57,885 nt of DNA, taken from the NCBI GenBank assembly GCA_038108555.1, contig JAYNIA010000010.1, positions 1 to 57,885 on the forward strand. Reading direction: 5' to 3'. This document shows, in pieces, positions 27,490-37,402 of this stretch. Each line of letters starts with the position of its first letter. The first letter of the stretch is position 1. This DNA comes from Nitrospinota bacterium (GTDB taxonomy: Bacteria; Nitrospinota; Nitrospinia; Nitrospinales; VA-1). Under the pieces are notes generated by a model. That model made no database searches and was not told the origin of the DNA. It saw only the letters and a program-made list of their open reading frames with translations. Position numbers and translations under genes: made by a program.

Positions 27490-30186
27490 TTATACGGTTA
27501 TTTGGTTTGCGCCGATGCCTTTGTAGGCTTCGAGGGAGCGTTGGTGGCAGGTGAGGACAATAACCTGGCGCTGTTTGCCAAACTGGTTGAGAACTTCAAT
27601 CAGCTTTTGGTCGCGCTCGTCATCGAAATTGACAAACACGTCATCGAGAACAGCAGGCAGGGGTTCTGATCGGCTTTCATACTCTTCAATCAAGCCAAAC
27701 CGCATGGCGAGATAAAGTTGTTCAAGCGTTCCCCGGCTCATTTCCTGGACGCCTTTTCGTTTGTGGCGATCATTTTCGATGAGAATATCATCGCTATCAA
27801 TGGGTTTTATAATATGATCGTAGGCACCACTGGTGATTTCTGAAAACAGATTTTCGGCAGCGCGGATCACACCCGGCTGGCGGGTTTTTTCGTATCTTTT
27901 TTTGGCTTCTTCGATCAGCACCAAGGCACTTCGGTAGGAAGCCCAAGTCTCAGCAAGGGATTTTAGTTCCTGTTTCTGCGATTCCAACTCGTTTTGGCGC
28001 TCAACCAGATCGTTGTTGGCAGCGAGCTTCTCCAATTCATTTCGGGTTTCGCCGATGTCTTGTAATAGTTGCTCACGTGTTTCCTGCAAGTCTGAATAAT
28101 TCGTGAGCTTTTTCCCAAGGTTTTGTTTTATTTCCTCAAGGGGGGTGGACCGGATATCATCTAGAAACTGGTCGAAGTGTTGTCCCAGCCCAACATTGGA
28201 ATGTATGTTTCCTTTTTTTTGTTCCACGGTTTTTTTCAAGTCCTGATAGCTTTCAAAACCTGCTTGTTTGACATGGAATGTTTCTATATCTGTGGCCCCA
28301 ACGGAGTGAACAAAATTTTCAATTTCCTTGGCATTGGTTTTTAACTGAGCTTCGAGCCGGGAGATTTTTTCATCCCGTTCTTTTTGTTGAATCTCCAATA
28401 ATTCCCTTCGCTCATTATTGACTTTACTTTCAGCAAAAGCCTGGCAAAGAGTTTCGATGTTTGCCAAAATTTCATTGTCCGGTGAAACGGTTTCCACTAA
28501 TGAGGTCAGGGAAGAAATTCTGTTTTCTGCTTCTTTCAAGGTTTCACGCATTTGTTCGATCCGTTCATCCAATCGTCCCCGTTGGGAGATCATGGATTTA
28601 ATCTGACGAGCGGTTTTACCAATATTTTTTGTGGTAATGGGAGCGATCCCCGGGTCCAGTTTTCGTTGCTTGAGCCATTTTCTCCACTCATCAAATTTTT
28701 GATCCAACTCTTGTTTCTTTTTCTCGTATTGGTGGGCAAGATTTTTTTCAGCCATATCTTCCCTGGAGAAGCTGTTTTTTTCTTCAATGATTTTCTTGAA
28801 AAGAAAAATACCTCCACCAACTATCACAACAGCGGCACCCAATAGAGGGTAATTTCCCAAGTACCCACCTAGAATGACTCCTGCAATACCGGCTCCCGTA
28901 AAACCATAATGAAACTGTTTTAACCAATGGGGTATGTTCCATCCTTTGGATGCTTCTTCAGCTTTTATTCTGCGGTGGCTCTCAAGGCGATCAAGAAACA
29001 GGTCTTGCTCCTTTCTCAGGCTTTCAAACTCTTCGAAAAACTGGTCGATCTGATCTTTTTCAGCTTCTGTTAAATCAAATTCCAATAGTGTATCTTCGTC
29101 CCAGTTCCGGTCGATGGATTTTATTTCGCTTGAAATTTCCATATCCAGATCTTCTCGCTCAATCTGGACTTTTGCGGCATCCTGCAAAGCGGAATGAATG
29201 GATTGAGTCGATTGTTGGAGGCGATTTATACTCTCCTCATTTTTTAAAAGCTCGTGATTGATTTTTAAACTTTCCAGTGCACTTTTTAACGAGTTGAGAG
29301 ATTCTTTCTCCTCTTCGAGCCGCTCCTCCAGGCTTTCTTTTCCTTGTGCCAGTGATTTGAAGCTATTGAGTGCATTTTTCGGAAAGGATGAATAATCATC
29401 CATTGATTCCAGCTTGTCTTTTGCCTCCATATAAAGAACGGCGTCTTCATAAAGATGAATCTGGCTTTCGAGGATTCTTTTTTCCGACTCCAGATCTTGC
29501 AGTGAGTTTTGAACGGCAGTTTTGGTTTCGATCAATTTTTTATGTTGGCCCTGCAGTTCATCATAAAGGGTCAGGTTTTTCTGGATCGATTGTATGGCCT
29601 GTTCATTGACTTTTATTTTTTCCAGCAAGTCACTCAATTGACAGGCTCCCCTCGGCCTGAAAATTTGGGTGCACATATTTTCTAAATCTTTTTCAATATT
29701 TTTCAGGGACAAATTCCCAAGGCCCAGTCCGGCGCCATAAATTCGGTTTTTTACTTCGTCTCCACTCAGGCTGTTAAAGTCATGCAGCTCATCCAGGGTA
29801 AATGCGTATATATTCCGGTAAATATCTTTTGAAGCATTCCCAAGAACATGGTTAAGAACATCTTGTCCCCTCAATACTTCCTGAGGAGTAGATATCCTGA
29901 CATCGCCCCCGTGGGTACCGGGCGTCCGGGAGATAACCAATCCTTCTCCATTTTTCAATTCGACCTTGAGGCTTCCCCCCATGGACCCGCCATTAACGGG
30001 TTGATACAAGTTGGATTTTTCTTTTTTGGTGGGAAATCCAAATAAAATCCTTCGGATGAATTCCAAAAGAGTGGTTTTTCCAAACTCATTCTTTCCGTAA
30101 ATAATATTGAGTCCCGGTTTTAGACCGGTGACGCGTTTGTTACAGAAGATGCCAAAACCGTCGATATGTATTTCTCGAAGTTGCAT
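27490..30186 (-). CDS. YhaN-like SMC/Rad50-type ATPase
   Basis: Walker A GKNEFGKTT, long coiled coil, signature MSRGT, Walker B VLDD.FVNFD, H-loop LTCH. Confidence 0.9.
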   Translation of the reverse strand: MQLREIHIDGFGIFCNKRVTGLKPGLNIIYGKNEFGKTTLLEFIRRILFGFPTKKEKSNLYQPVNGGSMGGSLKVELKNGEGLVISRTPGTHGGDVRISTPQEVLRGQDVLNHVLGNASKDIYRNIYAFTLDELHDFNSLSGDEVKNRIYGAGLGLGNLSLKNIEKDLENMCTQIFRPRGACQLSDLLEKIKVNEQAIQSIQKNLTLYDELQGQHKKLIETKTAVQNSLQDLESEKRILESQIHLYEDAVLYMEAKDKLESMDDYSSFPKNALNSFKSLAQGKESLEERLEEEKESLNSLKSALESLKINHELLKNEESINRLQQSTQSIHSALQDAAKVQIEREDLDMEISSEIKSIDRNWDEDTLLEFDLTEAEKDQIDQFFEEFESLRKEQDLFLDRLESHRRIKAEEASKGWNIPHWLKQFHYGFTGAGIAGVILGGYLGNYPLLGAAVVIVGGGIFLFKKIIEEKNSFSREDMAEKNLAHQYEKKKQELDQKFDEWRKWLKQRKLDPGIAPITTKNIGKTARQIKSMISQRGRLDERIEQMRETLKEAENRISSLTSLVETVSPDNEILANIETLCQAFAESKVNNERRELLEIQQKERDEKISRLEAQLKTNAKEIENFVHSVGATDIETFHVKQAGFESYQDLKKTVEQKKGNIHSNVGLGQHFDQFLDDIRSTPLEEIKQNLGKKLTNYSDLQETREQLLQDIGETRNELEKLAANNDLVERQNELESQKQELKSLAETWASYRSALVLIEEAKKRYEKTRQPGVIRAAENLFSEITSGAYDHIIKPIDSDDILIENDRHKRKGVQEMSRGTLEQLYLAMRFGLIEEYESRSEPLPAVLDDVFVNFDDERDQKLIEVLNQFGKQRQVIVLTCHQRSLEAYKGIGANQITV

Positions 30187-30195
30187 GAGTTTTAA

Positions 30196-31455
30196 TTAAG
30201 AATTATCTACCAGTTGATCCAGAGCAAGGTTGCGGGATTTTTGAATGAGACTTTCCAAACCCTCTGCGGAAAGTTCTTCTAAATATTTCCTGCCGGCCCA
30301 GGATTCAAAAACGGGTTTTAAAGATTCATCAATTTTCTTATTCAGTTCTTCCTTTTCTGTTTCATCACAAAGATTGACCAGGTCAGCAATAAAATCTTTG
30401 CCTTCCTTCAGAGTGTTAATGTCATAAGTTCCTGCTGTTTCTGCGTGTAGTTCCACAATAATCCATGGAGAATGCCCTTCAAAGAATCCATGGATTTCTT
30501 CCATCAGTGCATTGAGGGTGCCCGCGGCCTGTAACTCTTTATGTATGATTGTTCTACCGGTTAAGTTGAGCCGAACAACCAGCCCTTCACGAGGTATGGT
30601 TTCCTTTGCAAGCTCTTCGCATTGATTTTGTATGCTTCTAATAACATCATTAATAGTTTCTGCATTTTGTAGATCCAGGGTGGCAGACCGATAGCTCACC
30701 ACATCGGTAGTCATAAACCGGATATTCGGTGGACTGTTTGTCGCCAAGGTGACCAGACAACAACCTTTTTGTCCGGTTTCATTTAAGTGACGGGCTTGTG
30801 TGTTTCCTGAGTAAACAATCGCCGGCTCACTTTCACGAAGCACTTTATGTTCGTGAATATGACCCAACGCCCAATAGTCAAAGTTTCTTGATACCAGATC
30901 ATTGATCGAACAGGGGGCGTAATTGTCATGTCCTGGGTGCTGACCTACATTGGCGTGGAGAAGGCCAATGGAAAAACCTTCTTCCTTCTCTTTTCTAAAC
31001 TTGAGAGCCAGGTTTTCTGATACTTCCTTTTCCGGGTAGCTGATGCCGTAAATCCAGGCAATGTTTTTCCCATCTTTTTTTACCGGGACATGCTGGACTT
31101 TGTTTCCCGGGAAAATGGTGACATGTTCGGGCCACTCCAGGGTATGGGCCCAGCTATCTAGAGGATCATGATTTCCATGAACAATGAAAGATTGAATTTC
31201 CTGGTCGGATAGTTCTTTAAGAATACGACGAAATTTTAATTGCGCCTGCAAGCTCCGATCGGCTCCATCAAAAACATCCCCCGCTATAAGCACCGCGTCT
31301 ACCTTTTCCTGCAAGGCCAAACGAGCAATATTTTGGAAAGCATTAAAAGTGGATTCTCGTAGAGCACGAGCTAAAGCCGGAGCTTGCGAAGTCAGTCCTT
31401 TAAAAGGACTGTCTATATGCAGATCCGAGCAATGAATGAAGCGAAACTCAGCCAT
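30196..31455 (-). CDS. YhaO/SbcD/Mre11-like metallophosphoesterase nuclease
   Basis: DLHIDSPF, AGDVFD, GNHD, LLH and YWALGHIH motifs; directly upstream of the YhaN-like gene. Confidence 0.92.
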   Translation of the reverse strand: MAEFRFIHCSDLHIDSPFKGLTSQAPALARALRESTFNAFQNIARLALQEKVDAVLIAGDVFDGADRSLQAQLKFRRILKELSDQEIQSFIVHGNHDPLDSWAHTLEWPEHVTIFPGNKVQHVPVKKDGKNIAWIYGISYPEKEVSENLALKFRKEKEEGFSIGLLHANVGQHPGHDNYAPCSINDLVSRNFDYWALGHIHEHKVLRESEPAIVYSGNTQARHLNETGQKGCCLVTLATNSPPNIRFMTTDVVSYRSATLDLQNAETINDVIRSIQNQCEELAKETIPREGLVVRLNLTGRTIIHKELQAAGTLNALMEEIHGFFEGHSPWIIVELHAETAGTYDINTLKEGKDFIADLVNLCDETEKEELNKKIDESLKPVFESWAGRKYLEELSAEGLESLIQKSRNLALDQLVDNS

Positions 31456-31534
31456 GGTTTCCTATTCGCCTGTCGATGTAAGTTATTGTTCTTAAACAGT
31501 ATATGGCATTATGGCTGGGGTCTCAATGATTTTC

Positions 31535-31563
31535 TTGCGTCCATTGGATGGGTCGCTCATACT
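31535..31563 (+). promoter_or_regulatory. Putative sigma70 promoter TTGCGT-17-CATACT, possibly leaderless
   Basis: The -10 ends 6 nt before ATG 31570, and no SD is present. Confidence 0.45.
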
Positions 31564-31569
31564 TTGTCC

Positions 31570-32784
31570 ATGGAATACCGTCGTTTTGGAAAAACCAATG
31601 AAAATATATCGGTCATCACCCTGGGGGGGATGCGTTTCAAACATGGTTGGAATCCTCCACGCAGTCATCTTCCGGCAGACTCGGTGAAAAATTGTATCGA
31701 AACCACAAAGCGGGCTCTGGAATTGGGAATCAATCATATTGAAACCGCACACGGTTATATGAAAAGTGAAAACCTGTTTGGAATTGCTTTAAAGGAACTA
31801 GGAACTCCGCGCGACCAATTCAAAATGATGACCAAGGGTGCACCGATGACGGGAGATGAAACCCGGAGTTTGGTTGAAGAGCAATTAAAAAGTTTAAAAT
31901 TGGATTTTGTTGATTTTTATGGATGGCATGGAATCAATAATGAAGAAAGGTTGCAGGCAGCTATAAAACCTGGAGGTCCGATTGAGGTGTTGCACCGAAT
32001 GAAGGAAGAGGGTTTGATTCGTCATATCGGTTTTTCCACCCATGCCCCGTTGGAAATTATTTTAAAAGCCCTGGATACGGATTTATTCAGTTTTGTTAAC
32101 CTTCACTACTATTATTTTTTTCAGAGGAATCTCCCGGCAGTTCAATTGGCTGGGAAAAAAGATATTGGAGTTTTTATTATTTCTCCCAACGAGAAGGGGG
32201 GAATGTTGTGGAAACCGTCTGATATCGTCCGGGATATTTGTGATCCAATGACAGCCATTCAGTTTAACGGTCGGTTTTGCTTGAATCATCCAGAAATCAC
32301 CACACTGAGCATGGGAATGCATGAGCCGGATCATTTCCCTCAGAACTTAAGGGTATTAGATAAAGAAAATATATATACAGAAAAGGAGCCCACCATTCGT
32401 GGGACACTGGACCAACGCTTAAACAAGTTAAAAAATCTTTGTACCCTTTGTAGTGAATGTCTGCCATGTCCGGAGGATATAAATATTCCCGAAGTATTAC
32501 GGTTTCGAAATTTATTGCAAGCTTATGAAATGGAAGATTATGGAAAGTTTCGCTATAACATGTTTGAAGGGGAGGGGCACTGGTTTCCGGGTAACTTTGC
32601 TTCCCGTTGTACAGAGTGTGGTGACTGTCTTCCCCGATGCCCGGAAAAACTGAAAATACCGGCACTTTTATTTGAAACACATCAGAAATTATTTGACCGG
32701 AAAGCCTGGATAAAGGGAAAGTTTACCGATTGTGCGGCGGGCATTTATAAGTTTCTAAGGAAGTTTGTGCCAGGAATGAATTGA
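31570..32784 (+). CDS. Aldo/keto reductase with C-terminal 4Fe-4S dicluster domain
   Basis: MEYRRFGKT, GINHIETA.GY and HIGFSTH motifs; CTLCSECLPCP and CTECGDCLPRCP. True start is ATG 31570. Confidence 0.9.
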   Translation: MEYRRFGKTNENISVITLGGMRFKHGWNPPRSHLPADSVKNCIETTKRALELGINHIETAHGYMKSENLFGIALKELGTPRDQFKMMTKGAPMTGDETRSLVEEQLKSLKLDFVDFYGWHGINNEERLQAAIKPGGPIEVLHRMKEEGLIRHIGFSTHAPLEIILKALDTDLFSFVNLHYYYFFQRNLPAVQLAGKKDIGVFIISPNEKGGMLWKPSDIVRDICDPMTAIQFNGRFCLNHPEITTLSMGMHEPDHFPQNLRVLDKENIYTEKEPTIRGTLDQRLNKLKNLCTLCSECLPCPEDINIPEVLRFRNLLQAYEMEDYGKFRYNMFEGEGHWFPGNFASRCTECGDCLPRCPEKLKIPALLFETHQKLFDRKAWIKGKFTDCAAGIYKFLRKFVPGMN

Positions 32785-32786
32785 GG

Positions 32787-33887
32787 TCAATTATCTGAAG
32801 ATTCCCGATAAACTTTTAAAATATGACCGGACTCTGTGTCCTGATGTTCATTTACAATCTTTATCATTTCTGGTAATGCGTTTTTAAAAGCCTCCACCAA
32901 ACGGGGTTCAAAGTCTTTCCCGCTATTTTCTTCAATGATTGCCATAGACTGTTCAATGGAAAAAGCATCTTTGTAATACCTTTTACTGGTCAAGGCATCG
33001 AAAACATCGGCCACGGCAACTATCCTACCTGCCAGGGGAATATTTTCACCCTTCAAGCCAAAGGGATAACCCGACCCATCCCAGCGTTCCTGATGAGAAA
33101 GAGCTATGGACTCTGCCATTTGCATAAGCTTAGACCGACTTCCTGATAATATCTACGCGCCAATTTCGGCATGCTTCTTCATAGTATCCCATTCATCATC
33201 ATTCAATTTGTCGGGTTTGAGTAAGATGTCATCAGGAATTCCGATTTTTCCAACATCATGCATGGGGCTGGCCTGGAGGATGAGTTGGCATTCCTTTTCA
33301 CTCAAACCAATCTCCTGGGCAAGTCGGGCAGAGAGCCTGCTCATGCGTATTACATGCATGCCGGTTTCGTTATCCCGGTATTCTGCTGCGCGACCCAAAC
33401 GCAAAATAGCTTCCCGTCTTGTTTCTTCCAGCTCGTAGGTTCTTTCTTTAACTTTTAATTCAAGCAATCTATTTTGGTCCTTGGTTTGATTATGCAATAA
33501 GCGAATTTCAAGCATGTTTGAAATTCGTTGCTTTACTTCGATGAGATCAAAGGGTTTTCCAAGGAAGTCCCGGGCTCCCGCTTCAAGTGATCTAATACGA
33601 GTATTTCGGTCTGATTGAGCGGTTAAAACCAGTATGGGAACATAGGAATCTTCCTCCAATTCCTTGAGTTGCTCCATAACCTGAAATCCATCGAGATGCG
33701 GCATATTTAAATCCAGCAAAACCAAATCGGGCCGCATGTCTTCGTACATTTCGAGAGCTTTTCGGAAATCCGTTGTACTGCGGAAATAGGTGAATCCTCC
33801 TTCCTCAAGGATATCTTCGAGTAAGGCAATATTTGCAACCTCATCATCTATGATTAGGATTTTTGATTTTAGTAAATTTACATTCAT
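32787..33887 (-). pseudogene. REC-HD-GYP response regulator (RpfG-like) interrupted by an in-frame TAG (33155-33153)
   Basis: Reads ...[38 protein letters not shown]... in one frame. REC motifs (DD, LLDLNMP, T, KP) and MHDVGK lie upstream of the stop. Confidence 0.85.
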
Positions 33888-33923
33888 TTTTTTAAGTTTT
33901 GTTTGTTCAGAGATTTTTTTAAA

Positions 33924-36900
33924 CTATGTAGAAGTTGTTGCCAGGTATTTTTCAATGATTCCTTTAAATTGATCAATGTTCAGGGGTTTTGTTAAATAGG
34001 TTTTGAATCCTGCTTCCAGGGCACTTTTGATATCACTTTGCATTGCGTTGGCACTTATTGCAATTACAGGAATCTGGTGCGTTTCTTCCATATTTTGCAA
34101 TCGTTTTAAAATTTCAAAGCCATCCAGATCTGGTAAGTTGATGTCCATTAGAATGAGATCCGGCTGATGAGCATGTGCCAGGTCCAATCCCGTTTGTGCC
34201 TGTTGCGCGGTGAGTAAGTTTATATCCAAATAATTCGAGAGAATATCCTGAACCAAAAGCATGTTTGCCTTATTGTCTTCGATATACAAAACAGTTAGGT
34301 GTTTGGTTGAAAATTCAGAATAGGAGTTTTCAGTAATTTCAAATGATTCCTTGTGCTTCATGGTTGTTGATTTACCAAGGGGCAAGGAAATTGAGAACTG
34401 TGAACCTTCACCAGGGGTACTGTAAACATTTATTTGGCCGTTCATTAATTCGACCAATTTTTTGGAAATAGTCATTCCAATTCCCGTCCCTTCTACTTCT
34501 GAACCTTCTGCCCCCAGCCTATCGAAGGGTTCAAATATTCTTTTCAATTTTTCTGAAGAAATTCCCATTCCCGTGTCGGTTATATGAATGTTTAAAAATT
34601 CTCCCTCATGCTTATCAATACTCATGGTTACTCTTCCAAATTTTCTGTTGTATTTAATGCCATTTGAAGTGAGATTGAGAAGTACTTGCTTCAACCGGGT
34701 TTTATCAGCAAGAACATAGATATCATTGTGAGAAGAAATTTTGTCAATCACTTGGATATTAAATTTCTCTGCCATGGGTCTAATAACATTCAATTTGTCA
34801 GACACTAATTCAGCTATGTTGACAGGTTCAAGCGAGACGGTTATTTTTCCTGCTTCCACACGTGCCAGGTCCAGGACCTCATTTATCAATTCCAATAGAT
34901 GATTCCCGGCTTTTAAGATTTGTCCCAAGCGTTTTTTATGAGAATCTGGAAGAGGGTCTTTTTTACTTTCGTTCATAATTTGCGCAAACCCCAGTATCGC
35001 ATTCATTGGGGTCCGTAACTCGTGGCTCATACGGGAAAGAAATTCTGATTTGGCCTGATTGTGATTTTCAGCTAATTCCTTTGCGGCTTTTATTTCCTGG
35101 GTGCGTTCTTTAATACGTTCTTCCAGAACATGATAGGCATGTTTTAATTCTTCTTCTGCTGCTCTCCGAGCCGTAATGTCAGTAAAAGTAACGACTGCCC
35201 CAATAATTTTTCCCTGGTCAGTAATAGGTTTACTGATGTACTCCACCGGAAAGCTGGTGCCATCTTTTTTCCAGAATACTTCATCGCATTCATGATGATC
35301 TTTCTTGTTCCTTATTGTTCCGTGGATGGGACAATCATCTTTGGGGTAATGAGTGCCATCGGAGAGGGAATGGTGAATCATATTATGTTGTTCTTTGCCT
35401 AATAGTTCGATCTCGGTGTATCCAAGCATTTTGCATGCTGCAGGATTGACAAAGGTAGTATTGCCTTCAAGATCGATTCCATAAATTCCTTCCCCGGCGG
35501 AATTAAAGATCAGGTTTCTTTCCCGGTTGGCATCATCTATGGCTTGCTCATGAGCCTTTCTTTCTGAAATATCACGAAGCACTCCTACAAATACTTTTTC
35601 TTCATCAGTAGTGGATTCTGAGACACATATTTCCATTGGAAAGACAGTACCATCTTTTTTCAAACCCTCTACTTCGGTAACTGTATTGATAATTTTCTTT
35701 TTTCCAGTTCTAAGATAATTGTCCAAGTAACCATCGTGTTTACTGGAATAGGGTTCTGGCATCAATTTGGCTACATTTTCTCCTATCAATTCTGTAGGGG
35801 AATAACCAAGTACTTTTTCAACAGCGGGATTGACCGTTTGAATAATTCCTTCCTGGTTGATTGCAACTACAGAGTCAAAGATTATTCCAGTTAGTGAAAC
35901 CAATCTCTCCTGATTTTCGATGTTTTGTTTGCGGGTCTTTAAAATTCTAGAACGTAAAAACAAACCGATGAACAGGGCAATTACCAATAAACCAAATAAT
36001 GTGCGATACCAGAAAAGCAGTGTATTTAGAGGGGCAAAAGCTTCTTCAGAATCAATTTCTGTTGCTATTCCCAGTTGCTGGTTTTCCAGCCAAGTCCAGA
36101 CTCCAACTACAGGGATGCCGCGATAATCGTTATAGCCTGCAACGTTGACACCAGAATTTTTAGACAAAGCACTTTTGGCCATTTCAGTGAATGACCAATT
36201 CTCAAAGGATTCCCCACTTTGAATGGATTTAATTCTTAAATCTCTACCCGGATCACGTAGTTGAATATTAAATATCGAAGACTCACTATTAGAGAGCAAG
36301 CCCATTTTTTTTAATTGGGGATCAAATCGGCTTTTTGAAACAAGAAACCCATCTTCATTAAAGGCATAGGTTTCCCCGGTTTCTCCAAAGCTGCTTACAG
36401 ATAAAATCCTGTCGAACTCCATTAAAGGTCGGAGCCGAAATGCCAAAACACCCAATATATTTCCTTCAGAATCTTTGACAGGGGTAGAAACAAATTAAGT
36501 GGGTTGATTGGCAATAAAATTACCTTCAGAGTCAGGTAAATCGACTTCACCCGGAAAAGGGTTTGAGACCACGGTATCGCCTTGCATGGATTGGTAGAAA
36601 AATATAGAGCGCTCGATAAGCTTCCTCTTGCCTAAGGGTTCTTCAAGCAGGGCTCCCACCTGTAAACCTGTGGTATCGAAAATTACAAACCCAATAAAGC
36701 CATATTTTTCGCAAACCTTTCCCAGATGTTGGCGCAGCCATTTTAAATGGGGAGAAGCCCGAAGCACATTTGCCGGAACATCTTCATTTTTTGAAAGTTG
36801 GATAAGAGAGACTATGTTTTCGTGTATTTCAGGTTGTTCAGCAAGAACCAGTGCATCGAGCTTTTTATCTTCAAAAAATAATTTTAAAGATTCAACATTG

Positions 36901-37079
36901 GCTGATAGCGTTAGTTTCAGCTGGTGTGTTAAATTTCTCTTAATTTGCTGTTCTACGGAATTCACTCCGTAACCGGCAATTACAAAGCAAATGATCAGAA
37001 AGCCGATAATTAAAGGTAGGAGTTTTCGGTTTGATAAAGACAATCCACCCCTCCCAATCTGGGAAAATGATCGAGACAT
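33924..37079 (-). pseudogene. Hybrid sensor histidine kinase (periplasmic Cache-like, 2 PAS, HisKA, HATPase, REC) interrupted by an in-frame TAA (36497-36495)
   Basis: Reads ...IANQPT*FVSTPVKDSEGNILGVLAFRLRP... in one frame. SHELRTP, N box, G boxes and REC LMDINLP are present. Confidence 0.85.
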
Positions 37080-37402
37080 TTTCTTTCTTACGTATTAAAA
37101 TTTCCCCCCTAGATACTTAAATATTAATTATATTTACATGTATTTTCAAGATAATTTTGATCAATTTTTTTTAAATATTGATTTAAGTAGAATTAATATT
37201 TGTAAATGTATTCTTTTATTTATAGGGGTTTTCGGAAATCAGATTAATTTTCTATTAACTTACAACTTGTCGTTGAAATTTCATGCATTATGCAGATGAG
37301 AAATCATTTGGCTTTGGTGGGATATTGCTTTTAGGGTGTTTTTACCAAAAAACTTTTGCGCCAATCAGGCCAATTATATTTGGAGATACTAAATTTTAGG
37401 AA

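Noticed and set aside
31384..31569. 62-aa N-terminal extension of the aldo/keto reductase in the ORF track
   Set aside because: It overlaps the divergent nuclease gene; the family-typical start MEYRRFGKT is at 31570.
20266..36497. Stop-codon reassignment (TAG as Gln or pyrrolysine) as the explanation for the split genes
   Set aside because: TAG ends several normal genes here (stops at 626-628, 9278-9280, 20938-20940, 33924-33926, 54667-54669), the third interruption is TAA, and no pyl genes are in the window.
37080..37402. Very AT-rich 320-bp intergenic stretch as a possible ncRNA or origin
   Set aside because: I found no stable structure, DnaA-box cluster or known RNA motif; it is probably the kinase promoter region.
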